A stretch of DNA of 64,000 nt from a virus, in IMG/VR virus record IMGVR_UViG_3300021256_000006, positions 35,954 to 99,953 of that record. One strand, 5' to 3'. Shown here one piece after another: positions 15,136 to 25,291 of the stretch. The number at the start of each line of letters is the position of its first letter. Positions within the stretch are counted from its first letter, which is position 1. The position numbers and the translations under genes are program-made. Below the pieces are notes generated by a model that was not told the DNA's origin, made no database searches, and worked only from the letters and a program-made list of their open reading frames with translations.

Positions 15136-15879
15136 TCACAGGGAGTCGCTAAAATCTTCTGCTACTTTCATGCTTTGCTCGTCCAGCTCACCAAGTGCAG
15201 CAGCAAGTTCACGGCTTTTCCTGCCAAGTGCTTGCCTGAGCCGTTCCACCTCCTGCTTCAGTTCAGCAACGGTCGCCCGCTCCTTATCCAGCTCTCTCAC
15301 AAGCCTTGCATTATAGGACATCACGTCAATATTGCGTGCCGAGAGCGCTTGTAGGCTCCCTTCTTTTCGCCCCATGTACCCGTCCAGCACAGGAACGTCA
15401 ACAGAATTGCTGGTGAAGAAGTCTAAAGGATAAGTCTTTGTCTTGTTGCACATCCTTAACCATTTCTGTATCGTGATGTTAGGCCCTATCGTGTTGCAAT
15501 TGCGGAAATTGCCGTAAAATGTGGTCGCGCTGATGCCCACAAGAGAACAGAAGTCTAAGACCTGCCTTCCTTGGATGGTTGTCACCTCTTCCCCAAATTC
15601 TTTGTTCAAGAATCGGATGCGGGTAAAAGAATCGGAGCGTTCTATGTAGTGTCGTCTTCCCACATGCACCTTTGTGGACTCTTGGGTGCAGATGAAATGT
15701 CCGATTTGTATTTTCAACGTGTTGCACAAGTTCAAAAGATTAACGATGGGCAGGTCGCCAGAGCGACGCCACCGTCTCAGGGTCGTGTCGGTTACTCCAA
15801 TCGCTTGTGCTACCGAGTGCGCACTCATTTCCAGCAAGGTTGGCAACGAACAGAAAAGACTCTCATTAAAATAATACAT
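15136..15879 (-). CDS. HTH-domain regulator with C-terminal coiled coil
   Basis: Start moved to ATG 15879 (MYYFNES...). 'SAHSVAQAIGVTDTTLRRWRRSG' is HTH-like, and a second HTH-like segment is 'CSLVGISATTFYGNF'. The tail is heptad-like. A TAAATTTG box (minus) sits at 15888-15895. Confidence 0.6.
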   Translation of the reverse strand: MYYFNESLFCSLPTLLEMSAHSVAQAIGVTDTTLRRWRRSGDLPIVNLLNLCNTLKIQIGHFICTQESTKVHVGRRHYIERSDSFTRIRFLNKEFGEEVTTIQGRQVLDFCSLVGISATTFYGNFRNCNTIGPNITIQKWLRMCNKTKTYPLDFFTSNSVDVPVLDGYMGRKEGSLQALSARNIDVMSYNARLVRELDKERATVAELKQEVERLRQALGRKSRELAAALGELDEQSMKVAEDFSDSL

Positions 15880-15887
15880 AATCACAA

Positions 15888-15895
15888 CAAATTTA
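15888..15895 (-). promoter_or_regulatory. -7 box TAAATTTG immediately upstream of the ATG at 15879
   Basis: The reverse complement matches TAnnTTTG and lies 8 nt from the start codon, implying a leaderless or near-leaderless mRNA. Confidence 0.4.
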
Positions 15896-16074
15896 CATAA
15901 AAACAATATACTGGGGACGTTATCCTGTCTAAAAATCCTCTGTTTACGAACAAACTTAGGGCTAAAATCCAATTCATGTGCGAATGAGTTAAGCCGTCAT
16001 AATTAAATTACTTCATCCGGTTTCTCACTTTTTTGGCTACAAATTTATGCGCACATATTGTATATATATGTATG

Positions 16075-16082
16075 CAAAAGTA
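16075..16082 (-). promoter_or_regulatory. -7 box TACTTTTG (minus strand)
   Basis: The reverse complement matches TAnnTTTG. It lies upstream of the HTH regulator gene. Confidence 0.35.
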
Positions 16083-16217
16083 TGTTTTGCAGCATGTTTT
16101 TCCTGTTGAGAACTTGGCTTCCTAAAGCAAAGTTCTCAAAATTTTTTCATCACCCCAACCACCAAAGGCCAAACTATGCCCTTTTGTCACTTACCCCCCC
16201 CTTTCTCCCTCCTCTCT

Positions 16218-16242
16218 CCTGCGTCCAGCGGTTTTCCCGCTG
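16218..16242 (+). repeat. hairpin element
   Basis: CCTGCGTCCAGCGGTTTTCCCGCTG. The flanking genes are on the minus strand, but the element is still in + orientation. Confidence 0.85.
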
Positions 16243-16262
16243 TCTCTCCCTCCCCCTCACCC

Positions 16263-16294
16263 AAAAAGCGCCCGACTTTCACAAGCCGGGCGCT
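16263..16294 (-). terminator. Rho-independent terminator of the tape measure gene
   Basis: On the minus strand, AGCGCCCG-N12-CGGGCGCT (8-bp GC stem) is followed by TTTTT, 33 nt after the stop at 16327. Confidence 0.7.
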
Positions 16295-16326
16295 CCCCAA
16301 AACAATCAATTAAAAAAAGAAAACGA

Positions 16327-19300
16327 TTACAAATCTATACCTCGTCTTTGCGCAAACCTGTCGCCTTTCTTCCCCGTTGCTCTCATGCCATACTTTCCAT
16401 AGTAGTCCACGATGGCGGGGATTCCAGTTTGCTTGATGTCTGCAAGCACAGAAGACAGTTCAGAAAGAGTTTGTCTCATGCTCTCCATAGTGCCATCGGT
16501 TGAAGGCATAGATGCAGGACTGATAACCTCTCCGATATTTCCGTCTGCATACGCGCGTACACCTCCACGATTCATCACCACCTCATTGCCCATTCTTGCA
16601 GTCTTGGAGAAGTCAATGCTCCGCATTCCATACTGCTTCATGGCATAAATGCGTCGCAGAGTCTCGGGGTCATACCGTTTCAGTCCTTCGTAAGTCTGGT
16701 GGTCGATAATGACTTCTGCCCCTTTCTCGCCCACGATGCCTAAATGAGGCCCGTTCACCACGCCCGTCTTCAAGTTGGGCTGGTACTTGGCAGCATACGT
16801 CTGCCCGTCATTGCCCCTCACACTCACCAACTGGCCCTGCACACGTCCGTTTCCATCATCCGCATACGCTCCATTCGCATACACTGGATAACGGCCCTTG
16901 CCGTAGGTCAGCATACCTGTAGCAAGTTTGCCAGCACTGCCACTGCTCACGCCAGTTGCAGCAGAAATAGCGCTTCTCGCTTTGGCTGACAATGCGCTGA
17001 ACACCATGGTCATTAAGAGAGAAAGCCCGGCACCAATAGCCCAGCCAATCCAACCAGCTCTTGATGCTTCTTTGGCTTGTGCGCTGGCTGCATCTGTGGC
17101 ATTCTGTGCCAATTTCACGGTCTCTTCGGCTTGTGCAGTCTGTCCCCATACTTTCATTTTTGCCGCTTGTGCTTCAAGTTCGATAGCAAGGAGTTGCTGC
17201 TGCTTGACTTGCTCGTTCAATACTTCCATTTTGTCGAACATCTGCTTGGTGGAGACATAAACAAGCCATTGTGTCAGCATCTTTCCTGTTGTTTGAATCA
17301 AATTGGCGAGTGCTTCTCTTGCGGCTTGTTGTCTGTCCTCTTTTTTGCCAAACATATTGGCACCAAAATCTTCAGCGAATGAATGAAGATTGTCATAATA
17401 GGGCTTAATCTGTTCAACGCTATTGGTCATCAGCTCAAACTGCGCTTGAGTTGCATTTCGCTGGGCTTCTTCCACATCATGCCATGCTTCTGCCTCTGCT
17501 TTCATAGAGGCGGTCTTCAGCGCCTCTGCCTCTTGCATCAGTAAAGCCTTCTCTTTCGGGTCGCCTTCCAGTTCAATTCTTTTCTGAATAGCGGCTATCT
17601 CCTTAGCATATCGCTCCTTGTCGAGCAGGTATTGCTCTTTCTTGATGGCAAGTTCTTCTTTAAGGATGTCGATGTTTGAATACTCTGAAGTGGTCACTCC
17701 TGCAACGTCATTTCCAGCCATTCCCCACGATTCTGCCACGCCTTCCGTCTGCTGGCGCCTTGATAGGCGGTTCGTTCTTTCTTCCCATCGCTGATTTTGC
17801 GATAGACCATCTTCTCCAACCATGCTCCGCTCCAGTTCAATTCTTCGCTCAATCTTCTTAATCATCTTTCGAGTGGCATCTTCATAATCATCGTAGAAAC
17901 TTTGTGTTTTGAGCACAAGGGCCGACAGCGCATCGGGTGAAAGGCTTTCAATCCATGCGTTAATGGCTGGGTTGCCGTTCTTTTTGGCGTCTTCTTTCAG
18001 TTCTTCGGCAGTCAACGCATATCCTTTTTTGGCTTCCTCCATTAAGAACGACATGCGCTCAATCATCATCTTCCGTGTTTCTTCTTCCGTGTGCAGCATG
18101 GCTTCATCGGCATCGTTCCAAAGCACACCGAGGTCTGCAAGGTCTTTGGTGAACGATTCCGCAACTTTGGCAATTGGGCGCTCGTCCAGCAGCACCTTCA
18201 GGATTTTTTCTCTATTAGCACGGATATTTTTCTCCAACTCATTCTCGTCTTTGGCAATGTTCAGCTTGATGCCATCCACCATATTCTGCCCCATACCTTT
18301 CAAGAATTCACTCAATGCAGGGAAATCAACCCCCTTCATCAGGTCTTTCACACCCTCTGTTGCAAACTCATGACTGCTGTCAAGCCATTTCTTGCGAAGG
18401 TTCTCACGTTCTAACAGGTGCTCTTGCTCGTTGGCATACATATAGCGGTTGTATTCATCCTCGCCAATCATCCCCTCATTCAGATACTTCTCTGCCATCA
18501 TCTTTCTCCGTTCGTAATATTCTTCTAACTTCTTCAAGGTGGCATCCATCAGTTCCTTCATTTCGGTTTCTTTCTTCCCTCCCTTCTTGTCTGTAAAGTC
18601 TTTGAAGTCACCTTTAGGGTTGGCAAAGTTATCTGTTTCTTGCATTTTCTTTGCTTCTTGCCAGTTGGTATATGCCCAATTTCTGATCTGCTCCTTGGTC
18701 CAGAAGTTGATGTCGGACGGAATGGTTACGCCTGCAGGTGTCTTGTGGGCGCTGGTCCGCTGAATGTCTTGCCCTGACCTCCAGTTTTTATAGATGTCAT
18801 TGAAGAAGTCAACAACGTCGGCCAGGTCTGCTCCGGCCTGCTCGGAAAGGTCAAAGGAAGTCTTTCCCCACGGCTTGATGTATTCAAGCAACTGGGGGAT
18901 TGCTTTCGCGAACTCTTTGGAATACTTGTCTCCGTATTTATTGCGTGGGTCTTTATCGTATTTCTCGTTTAATTCTCTGTACTTTGTGATATTGGCATAC
19001 AGCTCTCTGTATTCCATGCCAGTCTTTTGGGGATTTTGCTGGGCTGCTACAATCTGCTTCCTCAGTTCTGTCATAAGACGGATTTCCTCGTCTTGTGCCA
19101 TTTGTTTCTGACCTTTGGCTTGCTCCACAAACGGTGCCCTCACCATTTCTCCTTCAAACACAGCGTTGATATAATCATTCACGGCTTTTTGAAGGCGTGT
19201 GGTCCGTGATTGGGATTTGGCAGCGACGCGCTTTCCCCCGCGCACCATCATGATTTGACCAGTCAATTGATTGGTTTCGTACTTGGTGTTGCTGTCTCCT

Positions 19301-22300
19301 CCTGTTCCCCAGGTGGTTGCCACCAGTCTTTGGTCATTGCCAAGTCGTCTGCCAAGTTCGGCTTGTATGCGCTGTTTCAGCTTTTCTTGTTCCGACTTGC
19401 TTTGCGGAATACCTTCTTCTGTCATTTGCAGCACCACGCTCTGTATGCTCGATGCGATATTGCTGCGGTCGTAGGAGGAAATACCTTTCCGTTTGGCCCA
19501 GTTCTCGCCCAGATTACCTTGCATGAGCGCTTCTATCATGGCGCCGATGGCTTCTCTTTGGTCGTCCCCACTGGCTTCTTCTGCTGCTTGTTTGCCTTTT
19601 TCTTCCATGGCTGCTGCGTTCTTTTCGCGGATGGCTGCGGCAGCTTCATGATAGGCTATTTTCAACCGTTTGGCAACGTCTTCTTCACGGAGAAGTTTCG
19701 AGAGGTAGCCTCCGAACATACGGTTAAAGGCGTTGATTTTGTTGGTTCTGTCTTGCTGGGCAAGGTTCACATTCTTCAAACTGCGGTACAGGGAATTAAG
19801 GCTTGCGATTTCATCCTCGACCTTGTTTTGAAGTTCACCAAGACTCTTCCTTGCGTCTGCTGTGGCTTTGGCTGTGCGCATGAGATACCCTATCAGCATG
19901 CCTAACGCAGTCAGTACAAGTCCAATCCAGTTACTGCTCCACGCAATCTTAAAGCGCTCTGTTGCCTGTCGCGCTTTTTCTGCAGCGACGGCGCTTCCCA
20001 GCAATGCGGCGGTCTTTAAGGCAAGGACCTTGACGCCTTGATACATGATTTGTATAAGCCCGAACAATGTTCCCTTGAATCCTTTATAGGTGGATTCGTT
20101 CAATGCGGCAGCGACTGAATCCTGCCACCACGCTTTGGCGTTGACAATAAGTTGTTTGGTCAGTACGAGCAATGTGGCAATGACAACTCCGCCAAGGATA
20201 TTCCACTCTCTCAGCCATTTTACAAAGCCGAGCAGCGTATTGGCCGCAGTCAGCATTGAGCTATTGGTTCCTTCTACACTGGTGGTCATCTCGTAGAACT
20301 CATTGCCTACCTGTGCCATCACACCGGCCAGGTTGTTGTTGGCTCGCTCAAATTCTTGCGTGACAAGGGTGCCTTCCGCAAATCCTTCCTCTGCAAGGGC
20401 AACTTGATAGTTAAGTTCGCCTATGTGTTGGCTTAACAATGCCATGGCGTTTCTTGCCTGAACATTGTTTCTGCCTCCTATGGCTTTGAAGAAATTGTCA
20501 TATACGGCAGGACCTTGCTCGCCCAGTTCTGTCAACACAAGCTCTAACGCCTCAAAGGTTTTGCCAGCTTGTATCATCTGGTCAAGTTCGTCATAACCGA
20601 TATTCAGGGCTTGTGCCACGTCTTTGGTATGAGACACAATGCCGAGAACCACACGCTGTGTGGCGGTTGAGGAGCGTTCCATGGTCTCGCCTAACGAGCT
20701 GAAGGCTCCGCCTAAACCGAAGATTTGCTGCATGGTCAGTCCGGTCACACTTCCTGTTGCGCCTAATCGCTTGGTGAACTCTACAACGTCTGCGTAGGTG
20801 GCTTTGGAGTTGTTACCGACATTCAAAATAGCAGAGCCAATCTTGTTCAGGTCTTTTTCCAAACCCTCGCTCTGCTTGTTGACAACATCATTCACCTTCA
20901 GCAGGTCGTTGATGGCCTCTGCGCCGCCAATATCACCAAGGGTGTTAAGAATCTTCTGTCCTTCTTTCACGAAAGAGACAAGACCGTCTGCACCTTCTCG
21001 GGTCGCAATACCCAGTTTACCTGCCTGTTCTGCCATCTCCATCAACTGCTGATTGCTCATTCGGGTGTCAATGGACTGAATGGCATTGGTCATGTGCTCG
21101 ATTTCTTCTGTTGTCAACTGCGTGACTTTTTGTACATTGGTCATTTGGTCACTCAGCTCAATCGTGTTATGGATGATTTCTCGTGTCTTGTTCATCAAGG
21201 CATTAAAGCCAATATAAATCATCACATAGTTTTTGAGTCGGCTGAAAGCATTTTCAAGCGTAGAGACATGATGTGCCATGTGGCCGTTCAACCGCTTCAC
21301 TTGCTCGTTGATGGCTTTGAGTTGCATCGCCTTCTCGTTGTACTCTTTCTGTGCAGGACTCAGGCTTTCTATCTCTTTTTTCAGCGTCTCGTAGGCGTTC
21401 TTCAACTCTGTCAAACTGCGCTTCTTTAACTCGCTTCCTCTGTATTTCTCCCACTTGATTTCGCTGGATGCCACCTGCTTTGTCTTCCGGTCAATGGCAG
21501 TCAGCATGGTCTCTATTTGCTTCAATTGCTCCGGATCTGCGTTTTTAAGACTCTTCTTGAAGGCTTCAAGGTTGGTCCGAATGGCTTGCAGTTCCTTGGT
21601 AGAGGAAGGCAATATTTTGACAACGCGACCAACTCCTTCTATTGCTGCGTCGTGAAGATTATTGAAGGCTTGTTCTCCGTCAATTACATCTTGCTTGGTT
21701 TGTGCAAGGGCCTCGTTGAGTTTGTTGATGGCGTTAGTCGTCGCTTCCAGTCCAGAACGGTCGTCTGTGCGCAGTTCACTCTTGTATGCCTGTATCTTTT
21801 TGATGGCTTCTTCGGTCTCCTTGATGGTGCCTTGGAACTGCCCATTGTTGACCTGCGTAACTAATGCTTGACCTTCACTAATAGTCGATAATTGTTTGCG
21901 ATATTCAAGTTCTGCATTAAGTGCTTTTAGGTGGACTGTAGCCGTTTCTATCTCCTGACTTCCCTGCTTTGCCTTTTCCTGTACCGTCGTCCAATATTTC
22001 TGCAGGTTGGCTATTTCTGATTTGCTAAGTTCTGAAACGTGATCCATCTCTACAGACATTTGTGTAAACATGCTTGTTCCAGCCTTGTATTTCGATGCGT
22101 CTTGGTAGGTCTGTAGATATTGTGTGCCACGAGCAATGGCGCTGTTCAATTTGTTGGCATATTCTTCTGTAAGGTTTGTCTGCTGCGCAAATTTTTGGAG
22201 ATACTCCACAGATTTCTGTACTTCTTCAGGCGTTCGGAGGTCCATAATGCCTTTTTGGAGACTTTTTAGGCTTTTTTCAAGAAGAAGACCTCTGGCCTCT

Positions 22301-23067
22301 TTGTATTTGTCATTGAATAGTTCAATTTGCTTTGCGCTTGCACCACTATACTCACCCATCTCTTTCCAAAACATGGCAGACCGTTCTAAATCTTCCCGAC
22401 TCATGCTTTCTGTCAGTTTCTTCAACGAGCCATTGAGATACCCAATGCGTAATTTTGCATTGGTAGCGTTCTCGCCCATCTGCGCAAATGCCTTGTTGCT
22501 GTTTTCGTAATTGTCAGCAAGTGCTTTTCCGCTTTGTTCGTAGGTCTTAATATATCGTGTCAATTCCTCTACTCCCAACGAACTCGTCTTCAGTTTTGCC
22601 GTCATGTCCTGGAACCCTTGCCCAATAGCATTGGCTTGTGCTTGCAGTCCTGTCATTTCCTTAACAAGTCCTGCGATATGGCCTCTCAACTTTTCTGCTT
22701 CGGCTGCATCAAGGTCTTTGAGGCTGATGCTCTTGACACCCTTAATGATAGACTTAGTGGCTGTCTCCAGTTTCTTGCCCGACTCCACCGTCTTGTTGTT
22801 GATGATGTCAAGAACGGTGCTTGCTTGTTTCCCAAGGTCCTGAAGAAGTTTCTTCTGTCGCTCATAATAGGCGTTTGCTTTATCCACGTTCTTTGCCTGA
22901 GCCTTGTAAGCCTCAGTACCTGCAGAAAGTGTTTTCAGCAATTCCTTTTGGTCTTTCAAAGAATCCTTTGCGTTCTTTGCAATCTTCTTCTGAGCTTCAT
23001 ACACGGCATCCATTCCGCTGATGCCGAACTTGACCACCCTCTCCTGTAAAATTCGTTTGTCTGCCAT
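16327..23067 (-). CDS. tail tape measure protein
   Basis: 2246 aa and coiled-coil rich. The central block '...AEQAGKLGIATREGADGLVSFVKEGQKILNTLGDIGGAEAINDL...GLGGAFSSLGETMERSSTATQRV' resembles the TP901-type tape measure core. There are several hydrophobic segments. Confidence 0.85.
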   Translation of the reverse strand: MADKRILQERVVKFGISGMDAVYEAQKKIAKNAKDSLKDQKELLKTLSAGTEAYKAQAKNVDKANAYYERQKKLLQDLGKQASTVLDIINNKTVESGKKLETATKSIIKGVKSISLKDLDAAEAEKLRGHIAGLVKEMTGLQAQANAIGQGFQDMTAKLKTSSLGVEELTRYIKTYEQSGKALADNYENSNKAFAQMGENATNAKLRIGYLNGSLKKLTESMSREDLERSAMFWKEMGEYSGASAKQIELFNDKYKEARGLLLEKSLKSLQKGIMDLRTPEEVQKSVEYLQKFAQQTNLTEEYANKLNSAIARGTQYLQTYQDASKYKAGTSMFTQMSVEMDHVSELSKSEIANLQKYWTTVQEKAKQGSQEIETATVHLKALNAELEYRKQLSTISEGQALVTQVNNGQFQGTIKETEEAIKKIQAYKSELRTDDRSGLEATTNAINKLNEALAQTKQDVIDGEQAFNNLHDAAIEGVGRVVKILPSSTKELQAIRTNLEAFKKSLKNADPEQLKQIETMLTAIDRKTKQVASSEIKWEKYRGSELKKRSLTELKNAYETLKKEIESLSPAQKEYNEKAMQLKAINEQVKRLNGHMAHHVSTLENAFSRLKNYVMIYIGFNALMNKTREIIHNTIELSDQMTNVQKVTQLTTEEIEHMTNAIQSIDTRMSNQQLMEMAEQAGKLGIATREGADGLVSFVKEGQKILNTLGDIGGAEAINDLLKVNDVVNKQSEGLEKDLNKIGSAILNVGNNSKATYADVVEFTKRLGATGSVTGLTMQQIFGLGGAFSSLGETMERSSTATQRVVLGIVSHTKDVAQALNIGYDELDQMIQAGKTFEALELVLTELGEQGPAVYDNFFKAIGGRNNVQARNAMALLSQHIGELNYQVALAEEGFAEGTLVTQEFERANNNLAGVMAQVGNEFYEMTTSVEGTNSSMLTAANTLLGFVKWLREWNILGGVVIATLLVLTKQLIVNAKAWWQDSVAAALNESTYKGFKGTLFGLIQIMYQGVKVLALKTAALLGSAVAAEKARQATERFKIAWSSNWIGLVLTALGMLIGYLMRTAKATADARKSLGELQNKVEDEIASLNSLYRSLKNVNLAQQDRTNKINAFNRMFGGYLSKLLREEDVAKRLKIAYHEAAAAIREKNAAAMEEKGKQAAEEASGDDQREAIGAMIEALMQGNLGENWAKRKGISSYDRSNIASSIQSVVLQMTEEGIPQSKSEQEKLKQRIQAELGRRLGNDQRLVATTWGTGGDSNTKYETNQLTGQIMMVRGGKRVAAKSQSRTTRLQKAVNDYINAVFEGEMVRAPFVEQAKGQKQMAQDEEIRLMTELRKQIVAAQQNPQKTGMEYRELYANITKYRELNEKYDKDPRNKYGDKYSKEFAKAIPQLLEYIKPWGKTSFDLSEQAGADLADVVDFFNDIYKNWRSGQDIQRTSAHKTPAGVTIPSDINFWTKEQIRNWAYTNWQEAKKMQETDNFANPKGDFKDFTDKKGGKKETEMKELMDATLKKLEEYYERRKMMAEKYLNEGMIGEDEYNRYMYANEQEHLLERENLRKKWLDSSHEFATEGVKDLMKGVDFPALSEFLKGMGQNMVDGIKLNIAKDENELEKNIRANREKILKVLLDERPIAKVAESFTKDLADLGVLWNDADEAMLHTEEETRKMMIERMSFLMEEAKKGYALTAEELKEDAKKNGNPAINAWIESLSPDALSALVLKTQSFYDDYEDATRKMIKKIERRIELERSMVGEDGLSQNQRWEERTNRLSRRQQTEGVAESWGMAGNDVAGVTTSEYSNIDILKEELAIKKEQYLLDKERYAKEIAAIQKRIELEGDPKEKALLMQEAEALKTASMKAEAEAWHDVEEAQRNATQAQFELMTNSVEQIKPYYDNLHSFAEDFGANMFGKKEDRQQAAREALANLIQTTGKMLTQWLVYVSTKQMFDKMEVLNEQVKQQQLLAIELEAQAAKMKVWGQTAQAEETVKLAQNATDAASAQAKEASRAGWIGWAIGAGLSLLMTMVFSALSAKARSAISAATGVSSGSAGKLATGMLTYGKGRYPVYANGAYADDGNGRVQGQLVSVRGNDGQTYAAKYQPNLKTGVVNGPHLGIVGEKGAEVIIDHQTYEGLKRYDPETLRRIYAMKQYGMRSIDFSKTARMGNEVVMNRGGVRAYADGNIGEVISPASMPSTDGTMESMRQTLSELSSVLADIKQTGIPAIVDYYGKYGMRATGKKGDRFAQRRGIDL

Positions 23068-23140
23068 AGCTGTGCTTGTTATTTGTGCTTGTGTTATTTG
23101 TGTCTGTTTTTGTATGGTTATACAATTTTAATTGCTTCTC

Positions 23141-23165
23141 CCTGCGTCCAGCGGTTTTCCAGCTG
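23141..23165 (+). repeat. hairpin element (one stem mismatch)
   Basis: CCTGCGTCCAGCGGTTTTCCAGCTG, lying between terL and the tape measure gene (both minus). Confidence 0.75.
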
Positions 23166-23301
23166 TCTCTCTCCTTTCCCCTCTCTTCGTCTTCGTTTTC
23201 GTCCTCCTCCCTCCTGCGCCCGCCGGTCCTCTCTCCCCTCTCCTCTCTTCCCTCATCCCTCATCCCTCATACATCTTCCCTCATCCCTCTTCCCTCTTCC
23301 C

Positions 23302-25221
23302 TCACCATCTCCGGCTCCCCCATCTTCCGTTCTTCCATGCGTTATGACTTCTTCCGCTCCACATCGTCTGCTCTTTCATACCAAACTTGCAAAGTCCTCG
23401 CATGATATTGTCGAAGGCATCGCTCATGTCGGTGTAGTTGTTGCTGCCCAGTTCATCATCTGTACTCATCCCATCACCGCTTGTGCGCTTCTCTGGAGCC
23501 TTGTACTTGTGCAACTTGCCCATCTTTGTCGTCGTCTTTGAGTTCTCCAGCGAGGCCACAAGATAGTCATTGCGAATAGCGTTAATTCGTGGCATATACC
23601 GCTCTTTACCGGCAAAGCACGCATTGATAAACTCAAACTTCACATCGTGGAACATCGGATTGCCCATGTCAATCATGATGACATTCCATCCATGATTTTC
23701 GAGTGATTCACGGATGATATTGTAGAAGTAGTATCGTTCATCGTTTCCAGCGCGACTGGCATACGAGCGCCCTTGCTTGCCTGTGCTGTCATAGTATAGC
23801 ACGACGTCTTTGCAGGTGTACTGGTGTGGAGCGTAGTAATTGTGCCACTTCTCCATAAGGTCTTCCAGCATCTTTGGATTCTTCATGAACATGCTGGATA
23901 GGATGATGGCGCTTTCTGTGCCATCCATCATGCCCGTCTGTGCAGTCACCACCGTATTCACGTTGGAGTTGTAGTCATGAGCAATATAGAGTGGCTTGCC
24001 CGGCTGCATATCCACGTCAAGGGTGCAGTTGCCGCCTACGGCACCGAGTTCCTGAAGGTCTGGCGCCTCATAATCGTAGGTCTTGCTGTAAGCTCCGAGG
24101 TCAATGTTGGCCTTGTGCTTGGACTGAAACTTGCTGTAAATACGGTTGGTCTCATCGCTTTGGCTTGGCGTGTAGCCGTGAATATCCATGTCGAAGTTCG
24201 GATAAAAGCGCTGTGACTTGTCTAACGTGGCTTTCTTTCCAAGAATCTGCACGTTGTACAAGAGGTCTGGCATGTCTCGTTTTCGGTCTGCCATGTACTG
24301 CATTCCTAAAATGCTGGCATTGTAAAACGAAGAGAACCTAAAGAACACTCTGGACTGGCACCTCAAATAGCGGAGCCGTTCTACAAACTTGGGCGCATGG
24401 GATAATTGCCAGGCTGCATCCGTCGTGTATCGACCGTCTTTCTTGTTGGCTTCATCATATTCTTCTGCATATTTCAGTTGCGCCAGCATCTCGCAGATGA
24501 GGTCATTGTAGTCTCCCGTTTGGTCTTCTTCCATGCATTCCCACTCTTGCTGCTTCTTGATGACTCCTGCATCGGAGAAGAAGGACTCGGAGAGGTAAAA
24601 CGGGTTTTCGTTCCGTCTGTAACCGGGGTGATCATATACTTCGCCACGCAGAGCAGGACGCACAGACTCCACATAGTTCCTCCAGTTGGCATATCTTGCC
24701 TCGTCCATCAACGAATAGCTGAGGTTCAGACCATTTGCTGGGGCGTAGGAATTGGTGGAGATGCACATCAGGATATTCCCGTTGATGAACGACAGCACGT
24801 TCTCCCATCGGCGAGGAACAGCCATAGGTTTGTCCCATCCCCACCGCGCGTTGGGCTTTCCGCGCACAAAGTCACGGCCCTCTATGATGCCAAAAGTCTC
24901 CATCGACTTCACAAGGTTGGGCATCAGGATGGCAAACACCTGCTTGATGGTGGCGCCAAACAACGCACCTGTTGCCCTCGGCAAGGTGGCTACGCACCCA
25001 TGTAGCCGGGTGGATTCAAAGGTGGTCTTGCCCAGACCACGACCGCCGCACATAGCCATTGACTTGCTGCCCATGTTGTGTGCCAGCCGTTGTGCGGGAT
25101 TAAGATACACCTGTTTGGTCCCACTCGCCATAGGTGTCTCTTCCGTCTCGCTAAACATCAATGGGTACTGCTTGGCCACGTCTTTGATGTTATCCTCTAA
25201 TGTAAGCCCATTTCTTGCCAT
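23302..25221 (-). CDS. terL: terminase large subunit
   Basis: 639 aa. Walker A-like 'CGGRGLGKTT', Walker B-like 'LSYSLMDEA', and a C-terminal half with Asp-containing nuclease-like blocks ('YIAHDYNSN', 'MIDMGNP'). Confidence 0.7.
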   Translation of the reverse strand: MARNGLTLEDNIKDVAKQYPLMFSETEETPMASGTKQVYLNPAQRLAHNMGSKSMAMCGGRGLGKTTFESTRLHGCVATLPRATGALFGATIKQVFAILMPNLVKSMETFGIIEGRDFVRGKPNARWGWDKPMAVPRRWENVLSFINGNILMCISTNSYAPANGLNLSYSLMDEARYANWRNYVESVRPALRGEVYDHPGYRRNENPFYLSESFFSDAGVIKKQQEWECMEEDQTGDYNDLICEMLAQLKYAEEYDEANKKDGRYTTDAAWQLSHAPKFVERLRYLRCQSRVFFRFSSFYNASILGMQYMADRKRDMPDLLYNVQILGKKATLDKSQRFYPNFDMDIHGYTPSQSDETNRIYSKFQSKHKANIDLGAYSKTYDYEAPDLQELGAVGGNCTLDVDMQPGKPLYIAHDYNSNVNTVVTAQTGMMDGTESAIILSSMFMKNPKMLEDLMEKWHNYYAPHQYTCKDVVLYYDSTGKQGRSYASRAGNDERYYFYNIIRESLENHGWNVIMIDMGNPMFHDVKFEFINACFAGKERYMPRINAIRNDYLVASLENSKTTTKMGKLHKYKAPEKRTSGDGMSTDDELGSNNYTDMSDAFDNIMRGLCKFGMKEQTMWSGRSHNAWKNGRWGSRRW

Positions 25222-25235
25222 ATCAATTCCCTAAT

Positions 25236-25291
25236 TGTCAACTATCAACTGTCAACTATCAACTGTCAGCTATCAACTGTCAATTATCAAT
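25236..25291. repeat. heptamer microsatellite (TGTCAAC/TATCAAC) x8
   Basis: Eight contiguous 7-mers alternate TGTCAAC and TATCAAC, giving a 14-nt period. Confidence 0.9.

Noticed and set aside
16412-23049. Dozens of + strand ORFs (60-231 aa) across 16.4-23.0 kb.
   Set aside because: They are all antisense to the 2246-aa tape measure ORF, whose product carries recognisable tape measure sequence. They are short and low-complexity, and are typical shadow ORFs.
23083-23541. Pro/Ser/Leu-rich ORFs translating repeat regions: 10926-11117, 23076-23541, 33544-33774, 50274-50597, 51186-51510 and 52716-52937.
   Set aside because: They are translations of CT-rich tracts, hexamer and heptamer satellites and the hairpin element (the recurring 'PCVQRFSR' and 'LRSAVFPL' strings). 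The apparent similarity between them reflects DNA repeats, not protein families.
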